Positions 44,579-53,369 of a stretch of DNA of 64,000 bases are shown piece after piece. The first letter of the stretch is position 1. Each line of letters starts with the position of its first letter. Source of the stretch: a virus; the IMG/VR virus record IMGVR_UViG_3300048913_000256, positions 1 to 64,000 of that record; one strand, given 5' to 3'. A program made the position numbers and the translations under genes. The notes under the pieces were generated by a model. It worked only from the letters and a program-made list of their open reading frames with translations, had not been told where the DNA came from and searched no databases.

Positions 44579-44776
44579 CGTTCCATTCCCCCATTTAACG
44601 TGTTATCATTCCCCACGCTCATTATAGCGCATCTGAGCGCGATCCGCCTTTACTTCTTCGTTAAATTCGCGCTAATACGTCCCAATAAAAGACGCCTCCC
44701 TTCGCGGTTATCCTCGCCAGTCCTGCGCGATCTGTCCGCGTTGTGAGGCGTCGTGCTTCCGACATCGTGCTATAGG

Positions 44777-45022
44777 CTATTCGTCACTCTCGTCCTTAAA
44801 CTTCGCCAAGAAGCGCTCATGCGCCGCCAGCGCCTCTTTCTCGTCATCGATCGCCAGCGCCCGACCGGTGCGCAGCGCTGCCTCCACGGTCGCTAGGTCG
44901 GCGTTAGCTTCCGGGAAATCCGCGAGCACTTCGGCGATTACCTTGAGCGACTCTTCTGCGGTGTTGAAAAGCACACGCATCTGCACCAGCCCAGCGTCGC
45001 GCACCTTATCGAATCCGCTCAT
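44777..45022 (-). CDS. Hypothetical acidic helical protein (81 aa)
   Basis: Clean ORF and last gene of the par operon. Confidence 0.55.
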   Translation of the reverse strand: MSGFDKVRDAGLVQMRVLFNTAEESLKVIAEVLADFPEANADLATVEAALRTGRALAIDDEKEALAAHERFLAKFKDESDE

Positions 45023-45315
45023 CCGAGATACCCCGGCGCAAACCCGCCACTCGCCCGATCACGCACGAAAACCTCCGCGCCTTTCGATTCATCCTCGCAG
45101 AACCGCGCCTGTAGCCCCGCCACGAGGCGTTCACCTTCGTCCGCACTGTTATCCCTCGCTAGCACCGCAACGGCGCGTGTAGCGTCCAGCAGCGCCCGTG
45201 CGTGTTTCATTCGTTCGATTTCGGTAATGGCGTGGCACTCGCGAAGTGTGCGGAGGTAGGCTAACTGGTCGGAGAATAGCGTCAGTGTTGCGTCAACGTC
45301 GAACATATCGATCAC
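45019..45315 (-). CDS. Hypothetical protein (98 aa)
   Basis: Clean ORF with a 4-nt overlap. Confidence 0.55.
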   Translation of the reverse strand: MIDMFDVDATLTLFSDQLAYLRTLRECHAITEIERMKHARALLDATRAVAVLARDNSADEGERLVAGLQARFCEDESKGAEVFVRDRASGGFAPGYLG

Positions 45316-45362
45316 TCCCGTTGTGAAATCGTACAGGCGATTATATGCGCGGAGTTGGCGGA

Positions 45363-45578
45363 TTAATCTTCGAGTTTCCAGCCCATACGTTTACCGATCT
45401 CGCGCCATTCCATAGGGGTTAGCGTGATCGTATCGGATCGCGGGTGTCCCTCAGGCGGATATATTTCTTTCGTCACAGTAGCCACTACATCGTATTTCGT
45501 CGTAGTAGTTACGAAATTCCAACCGTTTCTAACGGAGTGGTAGATAACTTCGTACTCCTCGCGTGGATCGTTCTTCAT
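45363..45578 (-). CDS. Hypothetical protein (71 aa)
   Basis: AGGAGGAAGAGGAG SD before ATG 45578. Confidence 0.55.
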   Translation of the reverse strand: MKNDPREEYEVIYHSVRNGWNFVTTTTKYDVVATVTKEIYPPEGHPRSDTITLTPMEWREIGKRMGWKLED

Positions 45579-45597
45579 CGCTCCTCTTCCTCCTAGT

Positions 45598-46428
45598 TCA
45601 TACTCGCCGCACAAACTGCCACTCGAAAAGCGATTCAAACGCTTCTCCGCCGATGTAATGGCGCGCCACCACGCCTTCCCGCCGCAACTCCAAGCAATCC
45701 GCATCAACGTATACGCCATCCCTGCGCACCTTGATCCGATCCCCCACATCTACCCCGCGACGCCGCGCCTTCTTCCGAACAGCATCGTCCTTCTTCGCCA
45801 CCAGTCGCGGGACATCGGGAAACATCGCATAGAACGTATCATCGAAGTCCTTTCGATGCTCCTCGATCATCCCGTCAGCGCGCAGCTCAGGCGGCACAAC
45901 ACGGACATCCTCGATTGTCATATCGCGCATATTTACGAAGTCTGCATCGTTAGTGCGATATTCCAGCGCGTTCGGATCGGACTTATAGCGCGAGGTGTGC
46001 GTATCCGGCGTGTCTCCTCGCATCGATTCCACGCGCCACTCGATTTCATCGTCGCGCTCCTCGCGGGTATAAGCGGCCATCTCGTGTTCTGACGCCAGCG
46101 CCGTGTAGAAATAGCCGAGGAGACTCGCCTGAATGTCGCCGTGGTAGACTTCGCGGCGGAACGTGATGAGTGCGCGGAGCATCGCGTCCATATCGAGCTG
46201 GATCTTCGTGTTTCGTGAGAAGATGATGCAGCGATCGAAGAGGTCGCGAATCATGTGCTCATACGGAAACAGTCGGAAGGCGGCATCGGCGAACTCCTGC
46301 GGCATTACTTCGAGGAGGCGTACGTCGTAGCGCGGTGAGCGCGGCATCGTTTGGACCGATTCCTCGCGATACATCTTGCGGCGGGCGATATCGTACTTGG
46401 CGAGTTCCATGCGCACGTAATCGTTCAC
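45598..46428 (-). CDS. Hypothetical protein (276 aa)
   Basis: Clean ORF with no recognisable motif. Confidence 0.6.
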   Translation of the reverse strand: MNDYVRMELAKYDIARRKMYREESVQTMPRSPRYDVRLLEVMPQEFADAAFRLFPYEHMIRDLFDRCIIFSRNTKIQLDMDAMLRALITFRREVYHGDIQASLLGYFYTALASEHEMAAYTREERDDEIEWRVESMRGDTPDTHTSRYKSDPNALEYRTNDADFVNMRDMTIEDVRVVPPELRADGMIEEHRKDFDDTFYAMFPDVPRLVAKKDDAVRKKARRRGVDVGDRIKVRRDGVYVDADCLELRREGVVARHYIGGEAFESLFEWQFVRRV

Positions 46429-46439
46429 GACGACACCTC

Positions 46440-46679
46440 CTATCTTTGCGAGAGTCCTAATAGGCGCATGGACGGCTCTCTACGCTTCTCTGGCGGCTTT
46501 TCATCGGGCACAACGACTACCGGAGGCGACACAACCTCGCCGCGCTCGCGCGCCATGTAATCGCGGATCGCGCGGCGCAGCGTTTCGTTTCGCCGATTGC
46601 GCGGCTTGCTGGCGATCCAATCGATAATGTCGCGGTCGAGGTCGAGGTCGAGCGGCAACTGCTGGATCTTGTCGGCCAT
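46440..46679 (-). CDS. parR: Ribbon-helix-helix protein, ParR-like adaptor
   Basis: DLDRDIIDWIASKPRNRRNETLRRAIRDYM (RHH pattern). Located immediately downstream of the ParM-like gene. Confidence 0.5.
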   Translation of the reverse strand: MADKIQQLPLDLDLDRDIIDWIASKPRNRRNETLRRAIRDYMARERGEVVSPPVVVVPDEKPPEKRREPSMRLLGLSQR

Positions 46680-46684
46680 AGCGT

Positions 46685-47734
46685 CTACTCCGCCGTAACT
46701 GGCGATTCTGCACGCCCCAAGAACAGCCCGTAGCGATAGAATCCGACCGCGTTCGCTTCTTGTGCGTTCTCAACAACGACGATATCCGGGTGCCACCCGC
46801 GGAGAACCTCGACGATTTGCGGGATTGCTGCACCGCCGCCGGTCAGCAGGATCTTATCGAACTTGGCGCGATCCTTCCAGCGGGCGTTGATTGCCGTTTT
46901 GACGCGACCTGCGAGGTTACGGAACGCCGTATCGACAATCTCGGTGATGTCGACCTTGTAGTTGTTGTTTACGATATAGCGAATGGCGTTGGTACCGGCG
47001 AGCTGTTTCTTGACGCGCGGGGCAGACGCTTTGATTGCCGCGTCCTTCGCGTTAAGCCAGTTCGCGATTTCTTGATAGACCGTGTTGATGCCGAGATCAA
47101 ACGTATCAGTGTCAAGTGGTTCGCGCAAGAGTTCCTTTATGCCGTCAATGTCCGTCGTTCCGGATCCGATGTCGATTACGCCAATATAGCCAAACTCGTA
47201 AGAATCATCGGCGACATACCCGTCTTCGTCGAGGTAGCACGCCAATACGGAGCCAAGCGGCTGCGGCAGTACCTGAACGTCGGTCACGTTGAGCATCTTC
47301 TGGCCGCCCTCGACGTCGATGTAGTGCGCTCCCTTGTAAACCGCGATGATATCGTTCTCAAGCGGAGTTTTGATCTCGTTAGAAGGAACGCCAGTGATGA
47401 TGCGAACCTCAACGATACCGTCCGGCGCGAGCGCAGCCAGAATCGCCTCGGAGAGGATTTGATATTCACGTTGTTTGTAGCGGTCAACTGTCGCGAGTGT
47501 GGCGATCGGGTTCGCTACCTTGTGGATCTCGTCGCCCCACACGATAGACTCGTTGGTGCGCCCAACTTTATAGGTACGCAGGGACGGCGAGCCGGTGCCG
47601 CCCCCGATCGCGATTACTTCTTGCGGGACATCGCCCGGAAGCGCGTACTCGCTAGGGCGCAGAATCGTCGCATGTTTGGAAATCGCCTTTACATAGCCGT
47701 TGCCGTGATCGATACCCATCGCCAATTTCGTCAT
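46685..47734 (-). CDS. parM: Actin-like segregation ATPase (ParM/Alp family)
   Basis: Phosphate-1 GIDHGNGYVKA, phosphate-2 VIDIGSGTTDI, adenosine LLTGGGAA. ATG at 47734 follows GGAGG. Confidence 0.8.
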   Translation of the reverse strand: MTKLAMGIDHGNGYVKAISKHATILRPSEYALPGDVPQEVIAIGGGTGSPSLRTYKVGRTNESIVWGDEIHKVANPIATLATVDRYKQREYQILSEAILAALAPDGIVEVRIITGVPSNEIKTPLENDIIAVYKGAHYIDVEGGQKMLNVTDVQVLPQPLGSVLACYLDEDGYVADDSYEFGYIGVIDIGSGTTDIDGIKELLREPLDTDTFDLGINTVYQEIANWLNAKDAAIKASAPRVKKQLAGTNAIRYIVNNNYKVDITEIVDTAFRNLAGRVKTAINARWKDRAKFDKILLTGGGAAIPQIVEVLRGWHPDIVVVENAQEANAVGFYRYGLFLGRAESPVTAE

Positions 47735-47888
47735 GAGTCGAAAACCTCCGTTTTTGTATGCGGTTTTATATAAAACTGCGGGTGATAAGTACATCATAGC
47801 GCGGTTGGGCGGATTTGGCAATAGTATACGCGTTCTCAATATGGCACTTTTATATAGAACTTCATTGGTTGGAGTTTTTGGCGTATCT

Positions 47889-47975
47889 TGTGGATTTTGT
47901 GGATAAAGTCGATGTTATCCACAACTCAATTTTAATCGCCGTCTCGATATTCGCATTCCCTTGCGGATATCCACA
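47889..47975. promoter_or_regulatory. DnaA-box cluster (putative origin or centromere-proximal region)
   Basis: TGTGGATTT at 47889, TGTGGATAA at 47898 (perfect), TTATCCACA at 47915 (perfect), ATATCCACA at 47967. An AT-rich tract lies just to the left. Confidence 0.6.
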
Positions 47976-48303
47976 GCTCGTGGTAATGTAGAAGCAATAC
48001 AATCTACCAAAATTCGACTATCACCAAAATTACATAGAGTACGTTCAGACCACGCACTTCGTGTTTTGCGCCAACAGAACATGAAAAAGGGTTCCTCCGC
48101 CAAGAGGAACCCCGTGGTTGCACCGAAACCGTCGAAAGAAGCGGTGCACAAGACATCAAACTGTTACCCTTATTGTAGCCAAATTCCGGCTTATAATCAA
48201 GGGGTTACGGCACATTTAACGAGCCTTCTCGTTGGATTAGAGCCGATCTTGTGCGACTACGTCCTTCTGACGGTAATCGTGCGGATCGGCTCTTTTGCGT
48301 ATC

Positions 48304-48333
48304 TCGGACAACACCGCCCATTAGCGCGAGATC
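48304..48333 (+). promoter_or_regulatory. Phage promoter-like motif, copy I (plus strand)
   Basis: tcggacaacaccgcccattagcgcgagatc, 40 nt upstream of ATG 48374. Confidence 0.55.
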
Positions 48334-48373
48334 TCCGACGACTACGTATATCCACGAGGAGGCTTATTCCGTT

Positions 48374-49579
48374 ATGGCTACTATCGAACAAGTGGCGCAT
48401 CTCCAGTCGTTCCCGTCAGTCGAGGCGATGGATGCGCATCTCCAACGTTTCTTCACGCTGTCCAAGCACCAACTCAGCGACACCCGTCGCAAGGTTCTCG
48501 AATACATGCAGACTCGCGCCGTCAAGGTCGTCGGTGTATGCAACGCAAAGGTGCGCACGATCGCGGCGGCCGTCGGTTGCAGCACGCGAACCGTCCAGCG
48601 AGCGATAGACTTCGCGGTTGACTGCGGCCTGATTCGCGAGGAGCTTCGGTGGCACGAGAACGGCGCACAGGCGTCGACCGTGTACGTTTTTCAGAACGAA
48701 TTGTCAGGAGGGTTGTCACCCTCCCCTGTCACCCCATATACGCTTTTAGATCTTTCACACTCTTCTGCTACACCAAAACCTACAGAGGTAATCGTAAACG
48801 ACGTCCGCGACTGCGATTCGAAATTTGATTCGATGACTTTTATTCCGAGCTACATCCCGAGAAACTTCGCCTATCACGCACATCTCTACTTCGGCGATCC
48901 GGTTGAAGTTACCGCACTTTGGCGAGCTGCGGTCGAAGGGTTCCGAGTACTCGGCGAGAAGGTCGACGCTGTTTTCGCTTGTGGCGCACTCACCGACGCG
49001 ATCGTCAGCAAGCAGTACAAAGACGAGAAGGGCGAACCGGTCCGCAACTTCCGCTCGTTCTTTAAGGGCGCGCTCATCCGCATTTTCCGCCGGTTGGAAG
49101 AGAACGAGGCGGTGCGCCAGCAGAACGCGGAGAACGCCCCTATCCGCCAGTTTGCACAGAAGTCTGCCGTCCCAAACGTAAGCACCGACGCGCTTGACGA
49201 ACTCCTGCGTATGAAAGCCGCCGCACTCGAATCAGATCCGCAAGCGGACGAACCTGTCGTGCAACCATCCGCAGACGACCGCGAGGATGCGCTCATCGCC
49301 GAAACCCTACGTTCCGAAACGCACCACACCGCGCGCGCAAAATGGATCGATGTCCTTTCCGCTGCCGCCGTGCAAGTCTCGCCAAGCGCATATCAGCGCT
49401 GGTGGTCGCAGTCACGCGGGGTCGCGGAGGTTGACGGAAAGTTGATCGTGGCAGTAGATACGGAGATGGAGCGCGGTTGGTTGGAGACATACGCGAGAAC
49501 AATTGCGGAATTAGCGCAGCAACCGGTCCGTATCGTCGTCTCCTCTACCGCTCCCCTTTCGACAACGACGGCAGGCTGA
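48374..49579 (+). CDS. Rep-like winged-helix protein (candidate plasmid-mode initiator)
   Basis: GAGGAGG SD. wHTH segment RKVLEYMQTRAVKVVGVCNAKVRTIAAAVGCSTRTVQRAIDFAVDCGLI. Adjacent to the DnaA boxes. Confidence 0.5.
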   Translation: MATIEQVAHLQSFPSVEAMDAHLQRFFTLSKHQLSDTRRKVLEYMQTRAVKVVGVCNAKVRTIAAAVGCSTRTVQRAIDFAVDCGLIREELRWHENGAQASTVYVFQNELSGGLSPSPVTPYTLLDLSHSSATPKPTEVIVNDVRDCDSKFDSMTFIPSYIPRNFAYHAHLYFGDPVEVTALWRAAVEGFRVLGEKVDAVFACGALTDAIVSKQYKDEKGEPVRNFRSFFKGALIRIFRRLEENEAVRQQNAENAPIRQFAQKSAVPNVSTDALDELLRMKAAALESDPQADEPVVQPSADDREDALIAETLRSETHHTARAKWIDVLSAAAVQVSPSAYQRWWSQSRGVAEVDGKLIVAVDTEMERGWLETYARTIAELAQQPVRIVVSSTAPLSTTTAG

Positions 49580-50303
49580 CGCGGAACTCGTTCTGCAACG
49601 GGTATCTGCGTGTATCGACCGACTGGTACCGTGGCTCTTGCGTCTCCTCCGCAACCGGTGCGCCGAGGTAGCGCCCGACCGCATCCTTGACCGTCACTAG
49701 CGAGTTTGCGCATTCTTCCGCCAGATACGCCACCAGCGCGCTCACCGATATGTGGAATCCCGCGTCGTTCTCCGCTTCGATTGCGCGTAGCAACGTGGCA
49801 AGAGTCCGTCTGCGATCTGGCGTGAGTTCCGCTGCGGCCGATTTCGTGACGAGGCGCAGAACGTGTTTGCGGCTGTGTAGCGTAGTTGTCAGGACGAGTC
49901 CGTGCGCAGCCGATCGTGAGCATTTCAGTGCGAACGCATATCCGTCGAGGATGTCGATGACCGGCGCGAGATAACGCCCGCTTGGGCGCTCTGTCGGCGA
50001 TCCAAACATCGGCTTGTAGGCCGAACCCCGCGCGTTTCCGAAATAGGCTGCGTTGGTCAGCGTGATCGGACGGCAGAAATACGCCGAAACCGCGCGCTCG
50101 ATGTCCGCCGATGCGAGACCTTCGAGGACCAGCGCTTGGACAACGTCCTTGATCGGCTTGCCGCAGATGAACGCGAGCATCGAAATCATTTCGCAGTCGG
50201 TCGCTAGAATCGTTGAGCGGATCTCCGTCGTCTTATCGCTTCTTGTCTTGCGATTTTTGTGCGCCTCTCCCCCGCTTCTTCTCATCGCTAAAACCGCCTC
50301 CAC
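49545..50303 (-). CDS. Hypothetical protein (252 aa) with three RHH-like repeats by eye
   Basis: Clean ORF, convergent with the Rep-like gene and overlapping it by 35 nt. Confidence 0.5.
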   Translation of the reverse strand: MEAVLAMRRSGGEAHKNRKTRSDKTTEIRSTILATDCEMISMLAFICGKPIKDVVQALVLEGLASADIERAVSAYFCRPITLTNAAYFGNARGSAYKPMFGSPTERPSGRYLAPVIDILDGYAFALKCSRSAAHGLVLTTTLHSRKHVLRLVTKSAAAELTPDRRRTLATLLRAIEAENDAGFHISVSALVAYLAEECANSLVTVKDAVGRYLGAPVAEETQEPRYQSVDTRRYPLQNEFRVSLPSLSKGER

Positions 50304-50462
50304 TCTCGAAATTAGGTTCGCGACGATGTCGGAGTGTCGCGAGGATATTCGAGTGTATGCGATAGGGTAGGCGAGTCAGAACGCTTTACGACACTTCGAC
50401 GGTGTCGCGGGCTTCGTACGGACAATCGAGCACGTTGGCGCGTGTTTAACCTTTCGGATGTT

Positions 50463-50492
50463 TGGCAAAACTCGTATGTAGAATGCGAGATT
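50463..50492 (+). promoter_or_regulatory. Phage promoter-like motif, copy J (weak -35)
   Basis: tggcaaaactcgtatgtagaatgcgagatt, 20 nt before ATG 50513. Confidence 0.3.
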
Positions 50493-50512
50493 ACGAGAGG
50501 AGTCGATTGGGA

Positions 50513-50671
50513 ATGGCGAAGAATGCACCGAAGAAGAACGCGAGAGGAAATTACGATATCGGAGGTCGTGAGTGGACACCGGAGGAGTTGCGCGATCTGT
50601 CGCACAAGATCGTTGGAGCGGCGCAGCGTGCGGGGATCAAGCTGAAACCGAAGAGGCCGAAACAAAAATAG
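50513..50671 (+). CDS. Small basic protein (52 aa)
   Basis: GAGAGGAG SD. Sequence MAKNAPKKNARGNYDIGGREWTPEEL... Confidence 0.45.
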   Translation: MAKNAPKKNARGNYDIGGREWTPEELRDLSHKIVGAAQRAGIKLKPKRPKQK

Positions 50672-50707
50672 CGCCCCCAACGCGGCTAGGCGCTGAGGGC
50701 GAAAGTG

Positions 50708-50905
50708 TTATGATGTGGGCGTGTTCTTGATCGCTTTTACGTTCGTCAGCAACGCGGATACCAGTGCCACCAGTGCGCCAACTCCGTTCGCGATCGCCTC
50801 GGTTTCGTTGTCGTCGAATACGTGCCAGCCGAGGGCAGCGAGAAGCGGTTTCGCACCGGTCAGCACGGCGATAATCAGCAGCACGAGATTGCGGTTTACG
50901 GCCAT
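50708..50905 (-). CDS. Holin-like two-TM protein (65 aa)
   Basis: Two hydrophobic helices, directly downstream of the endolysin. Confidence 0.6.
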   Translation of the reverse strand: MAVNRNLVLLIIAVLTGAKPLLAALGWHVFDDNETEAIANGVGALVALVSALLTNVKAIKNTPTS

Positions 50906-50907
50906 CG

Positions 50908-51651
50908 TTACTTCACCGCCTTTCCAGCGCGAGCCTTCAGCGCATCGTCGAAGACACCGGCGCGGTCAACGATTGCCAGCGCCTCGTATACGACAGGCGA
51001 CTTGGTACCGCTCCACTGTGCGCCGAGCTTCGAGAGTTTGGCGGCAACCGGCGCAAACCAGTCAGGCATCGGTTGCGGGCGGAGTGCGGCGAGGTCTTGC
51101 AGGAGTTGGCGTTCATCGTTCGTCATGTCATCGTCTCCATTCGTTTGGTTTGCGAGAAGCTTCGCGACGTCGTGGCGAAAGTCATCGACAGTCTTGCCGT
51201 ATGTGGCGAAGTAGTCGTCGGGATCGGTGTGGTCGGTTCCGCCGTAGCGTTTCGTGATCTCGTGATGCGAGAGGATTCGTTCAGCTCCGAACCCGTATGC
51301 ACGGCATCGGTCGGCGAAGAACTGCGTGGCAATCGCCCATTCGGCGGCGAAGTCGGCCGCGTTTCCGGCGTGGCATAGTTCGTAACCTTCGGTGAAGCCG
51401 TTTGCCTTCGGGCCGACGTGCCAGCCGACCTCATCGAAAGGGAGCGTTTGGATTACGCCTGTCCAGTCGATGAAGCCGTGCGCGTTCGCACCGCGATCAC
51501 CGCCGTTGAAGTACGCGATCTGGCGTGCTGCAGTTGCCTGCGATACAGTCTCGTGGAGGACGAGGAACTGCGTCTCGCGGCGTTTCTGGTACGAGCGGTT
51601 GGCGGCGAGCGTGATGAATGATTGGGTAAGCGTGTAGGTCAACGTGATCAT
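50908..51651 (-). CDS. Endolysin, N-acetylmuramoyl-L-alanine amidase (Amidase_2/PGRP type) with a C-terminal binding domain
   Basis: FLVLHETVS...ANAHGFIDWTG...VGWHVG motifs, in a lysis-cassette context. Confidence 0.75.
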   Translation of the reverse strand: MITLTYTLTQSFITLAANRSYQKRRETQFLVLHETVSQATAARQIAYFNGGDRGANAHGFIDWTGVIQTLPFDEVGWHVGPKANGFTEGYELCHAGNAADFAAEWAIATQFFADRCRAYGFGAERILSHHEITKRYGGTDHTDPDDYFATYGKTVDDFRHDVAKLLANQTNGDDDMTNDERQLLQDLAALRPQPMPDWFAPVAAKLSKLGAQWSGTKSPVVYEALAIVDRAGVFDDALKARAGKAVK

Positions 51652-51682
51652 CGTCCCTTCATCGTTAATTTCGTGATTACAA

Positions 51683-51718
51683 AACCGACCAGCCGCGTTA
51701 CATTAGTCGGTTTTTTTT
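51683..51718 (-). terminator. Hairpin with flanking A-run and T-run between the holin and endolysin genes
   Basis: AAAACCGAC-loop-GTCGGTTTTTTTT. Confidence 0.5.
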
Positions 51719-51918
51719 AAGATACCGTCAACTTTCGCGGTCAGTCCGCGCAGTTCCGGGATGATCTCGTCGGCGAGCTTGTTGATGACGGACACGTACC
51801 CCTCCTCGCGACGCTTGTTTTCGCGTAGAGTCCAGATAAACAGTGCAACGAAAAGAATCGCAAACAATCCGTACTCGGCGGCGTACTTTATCAAGGTTGC
51901 CTCTTCTATCGCTACCAC
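51703..51918 (-). CDS. BhlA/UviB-type holin-like protein (71 aa)
   Basis: One N-terminal TM segment (YGLFAILFVALFIWTL) followed by a charged coiled tail. Confidence 0.6.
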   Translation of the reverse strand: MVAIEEATLIKYAAEYGLFAILFVALFIWTLRENKRREEGYVSVINKLADEIIPELRGLTAKVDGILKKTD

Positions 51919-51930
51919 CTCCTCTCTCGT

Positions 51931-52218
51931 TTATGGCTTTACGAACAGGATCCACATATCGCGCGGGCTATACGTCTGCACTCGCACGCGATCGTTCACC
52001 GCGAGTGTTCCGGCGACGTGTTTTGGAATACCGACGTTAGGCGTCGCGGTCGTATCGCCGCTGAGTTTCACGGTAGCGGTCTTTCCGTCACCTGCGATTG
52101 CGGTAACAACGCCGTCGCGATTGGCGAGTTCGTTCCGTACGCGTTCCTCGTCGAGCACGCGCCGCACAAGCGCCTCTACGCCGGAAATGTGCCGCTTCTG
52201 ATTCGGTTCCATAGTCAA
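51931..52218 (-). CDS. Hypothetical tail-module protein (95 aa)
   Basis: Clean ORF. Confidence 0.55.
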   Translation of the reverse strand: MTMEPNQKRHISGVEALVRRVLDEERVRNELANRDGVVTAIAGDGKTATVKLSGDTTATPNVGIPKHVAGTLAVNDRVRVQTYSPRDMWILFVKP

Positions 52219-53369
52219 GCCACCTTTCGGACGCGCTGCGCTTCAGCACGCATGAATTGCGATCCACTTAGCGGAATATCGAACCGCAACAGCTCATAGT
52301 TGTCGCGGGTGCTCGTCTCAGGCTCGATGATCGTGATGACGTCGCCAGCCTCGTGTAGATAGTTCGGCAGCAATTCGATTGTTTGGCGCTCAATGACGCG
52401 GCGGCGCTGCTGAAGCTCGTAGTCAGCGCGGGCCTGTGCGAGGGCGAACGTCGTAATCAAGGGGTCATCTGCGCCATTGTTGTAATGGCAGATGCGCTCC
52501 CCTACGTTCACAGTCGAAAGAGGATCGGAAGGGTCGGTACTGGCGGCGACCGCCGAAACGTCTTTACCGCGCACGACGACCTTGTTGAAGAACTCGCCGA
52601 CGTCGAGCGTTTTATCGCTACTGGCGTAGATCGTACGGGCGTCACCGGCGTCATACGTCCAGCAAGGCGCAGCAGTCGTCATATCCGCTAGTTTCGGCGT
52701 GAAGCGCAGGAACCCGTTTACGTCGTAGTAGACGTCATAGACTGCGAGATCCGCGAGTTCCTTGATCGCCTTCCCGCGAGCTTCGCCCTGCTGGTACGTC
52801 AGGTCGTATGGAACCGCCACAGTACACGAGTCAAACGCGAACTTCGTTTCGCCGACACCTCCCGCAATCAGGCGAATCACGTCGGACACGAGCGGTGCGG
52901 TGACGGCTTGGATAATCGTAGCGTCGGCGAACTTGCCGAGGGGCGCACCATCTAACGTCTTCCACTTGTCGCCGCCGGAGATCCGCGCCTCTGCGCTGTC
53001 TGGCGTGGACGAAGCGGTCGGTGCGTCGATTAAAAAAACGCCTTGCGGGAGCCAGTCGATGACCCCCGAAGACGTTTCGAAACCAACGTAGAATTTGACA
53101 CGCTTGTCGAGCCAGATGCGGCCGCCGACCGACCATGTGAACGTACCGTCGCTGTTGTCGAGCGTCACGCTGAACTGGCGGCGGGGTGCGTTGTCACCGG
53201 TCTTGTCAACCGAGATTGATCCGTCCTTGATTGGCGCTGTATACGTCTCGAGGAAATTCTCGCTCTTATCGAGCAAATCAAAACGGGCGTAAAGTGTCGC
53301 CACCTCGCCCGTCATGACCGCCTTGAATGCGTCTGTTGCCGTAATCAAACGGCCTTCACCTCCGTCCAT
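52215..53369 (-). CDS. Tail/baseplate-associated protein (384 aa)
   Basis: Position in the tail module. The start may lie downstream of 53369. Confidence 0.55.
   Translation of the reverse strand: MDGGEGRLITATDAFKAVMTGEVATLYARFDLLDKSENFLETYTAPIKDGSISVDKTGDNAPRRQFSVTLDNSDGTFTWSVGGRIWLDKRVKFYVGFETSSGVIDWLPQGVFLIDAPTASSTPDSAEARISGGDKWKTLDGAPLGKFADATIIQAVTAPLVSDVIRLIAGGVGETKFAFDSCTVAVPYDLTYQQGEARGKAIKELADLAVYDVYYDVNGFLRFTPKLADMTTAAPCWTYDAGDARTIYASSDKTLDVGEFFNKVVVRGKDVSAVAASTDPSDPLSTVNVGERICHYNNGADDPLITTFALAQARADYELQQRRRVIERQTIELLPNYLHEAGDVITIIEPETSTRDNYELLRFDIPLSGSQFMRAEAQRVRKVA

Noticed and set aside
44377-44598. 73-aa plus-strand ORF just after the HTH-TPR gene as a candidate AimP-like peptide
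   Set aside because: Its ATG lies inside the terminator loop with no SD, and it is antisense to a better-supported 57-aa secreted-peptide ORF.
47915-48608. ORFs 47915-48151 (-) and 47961-48608 (+) in the par/rep intergenic region
   Set aside because: They have no SD and odd composition, and they run across the DnaA boxes, a hairpin and the promoter-like motif. The region is treated as non-coding ori/centromere DNA.
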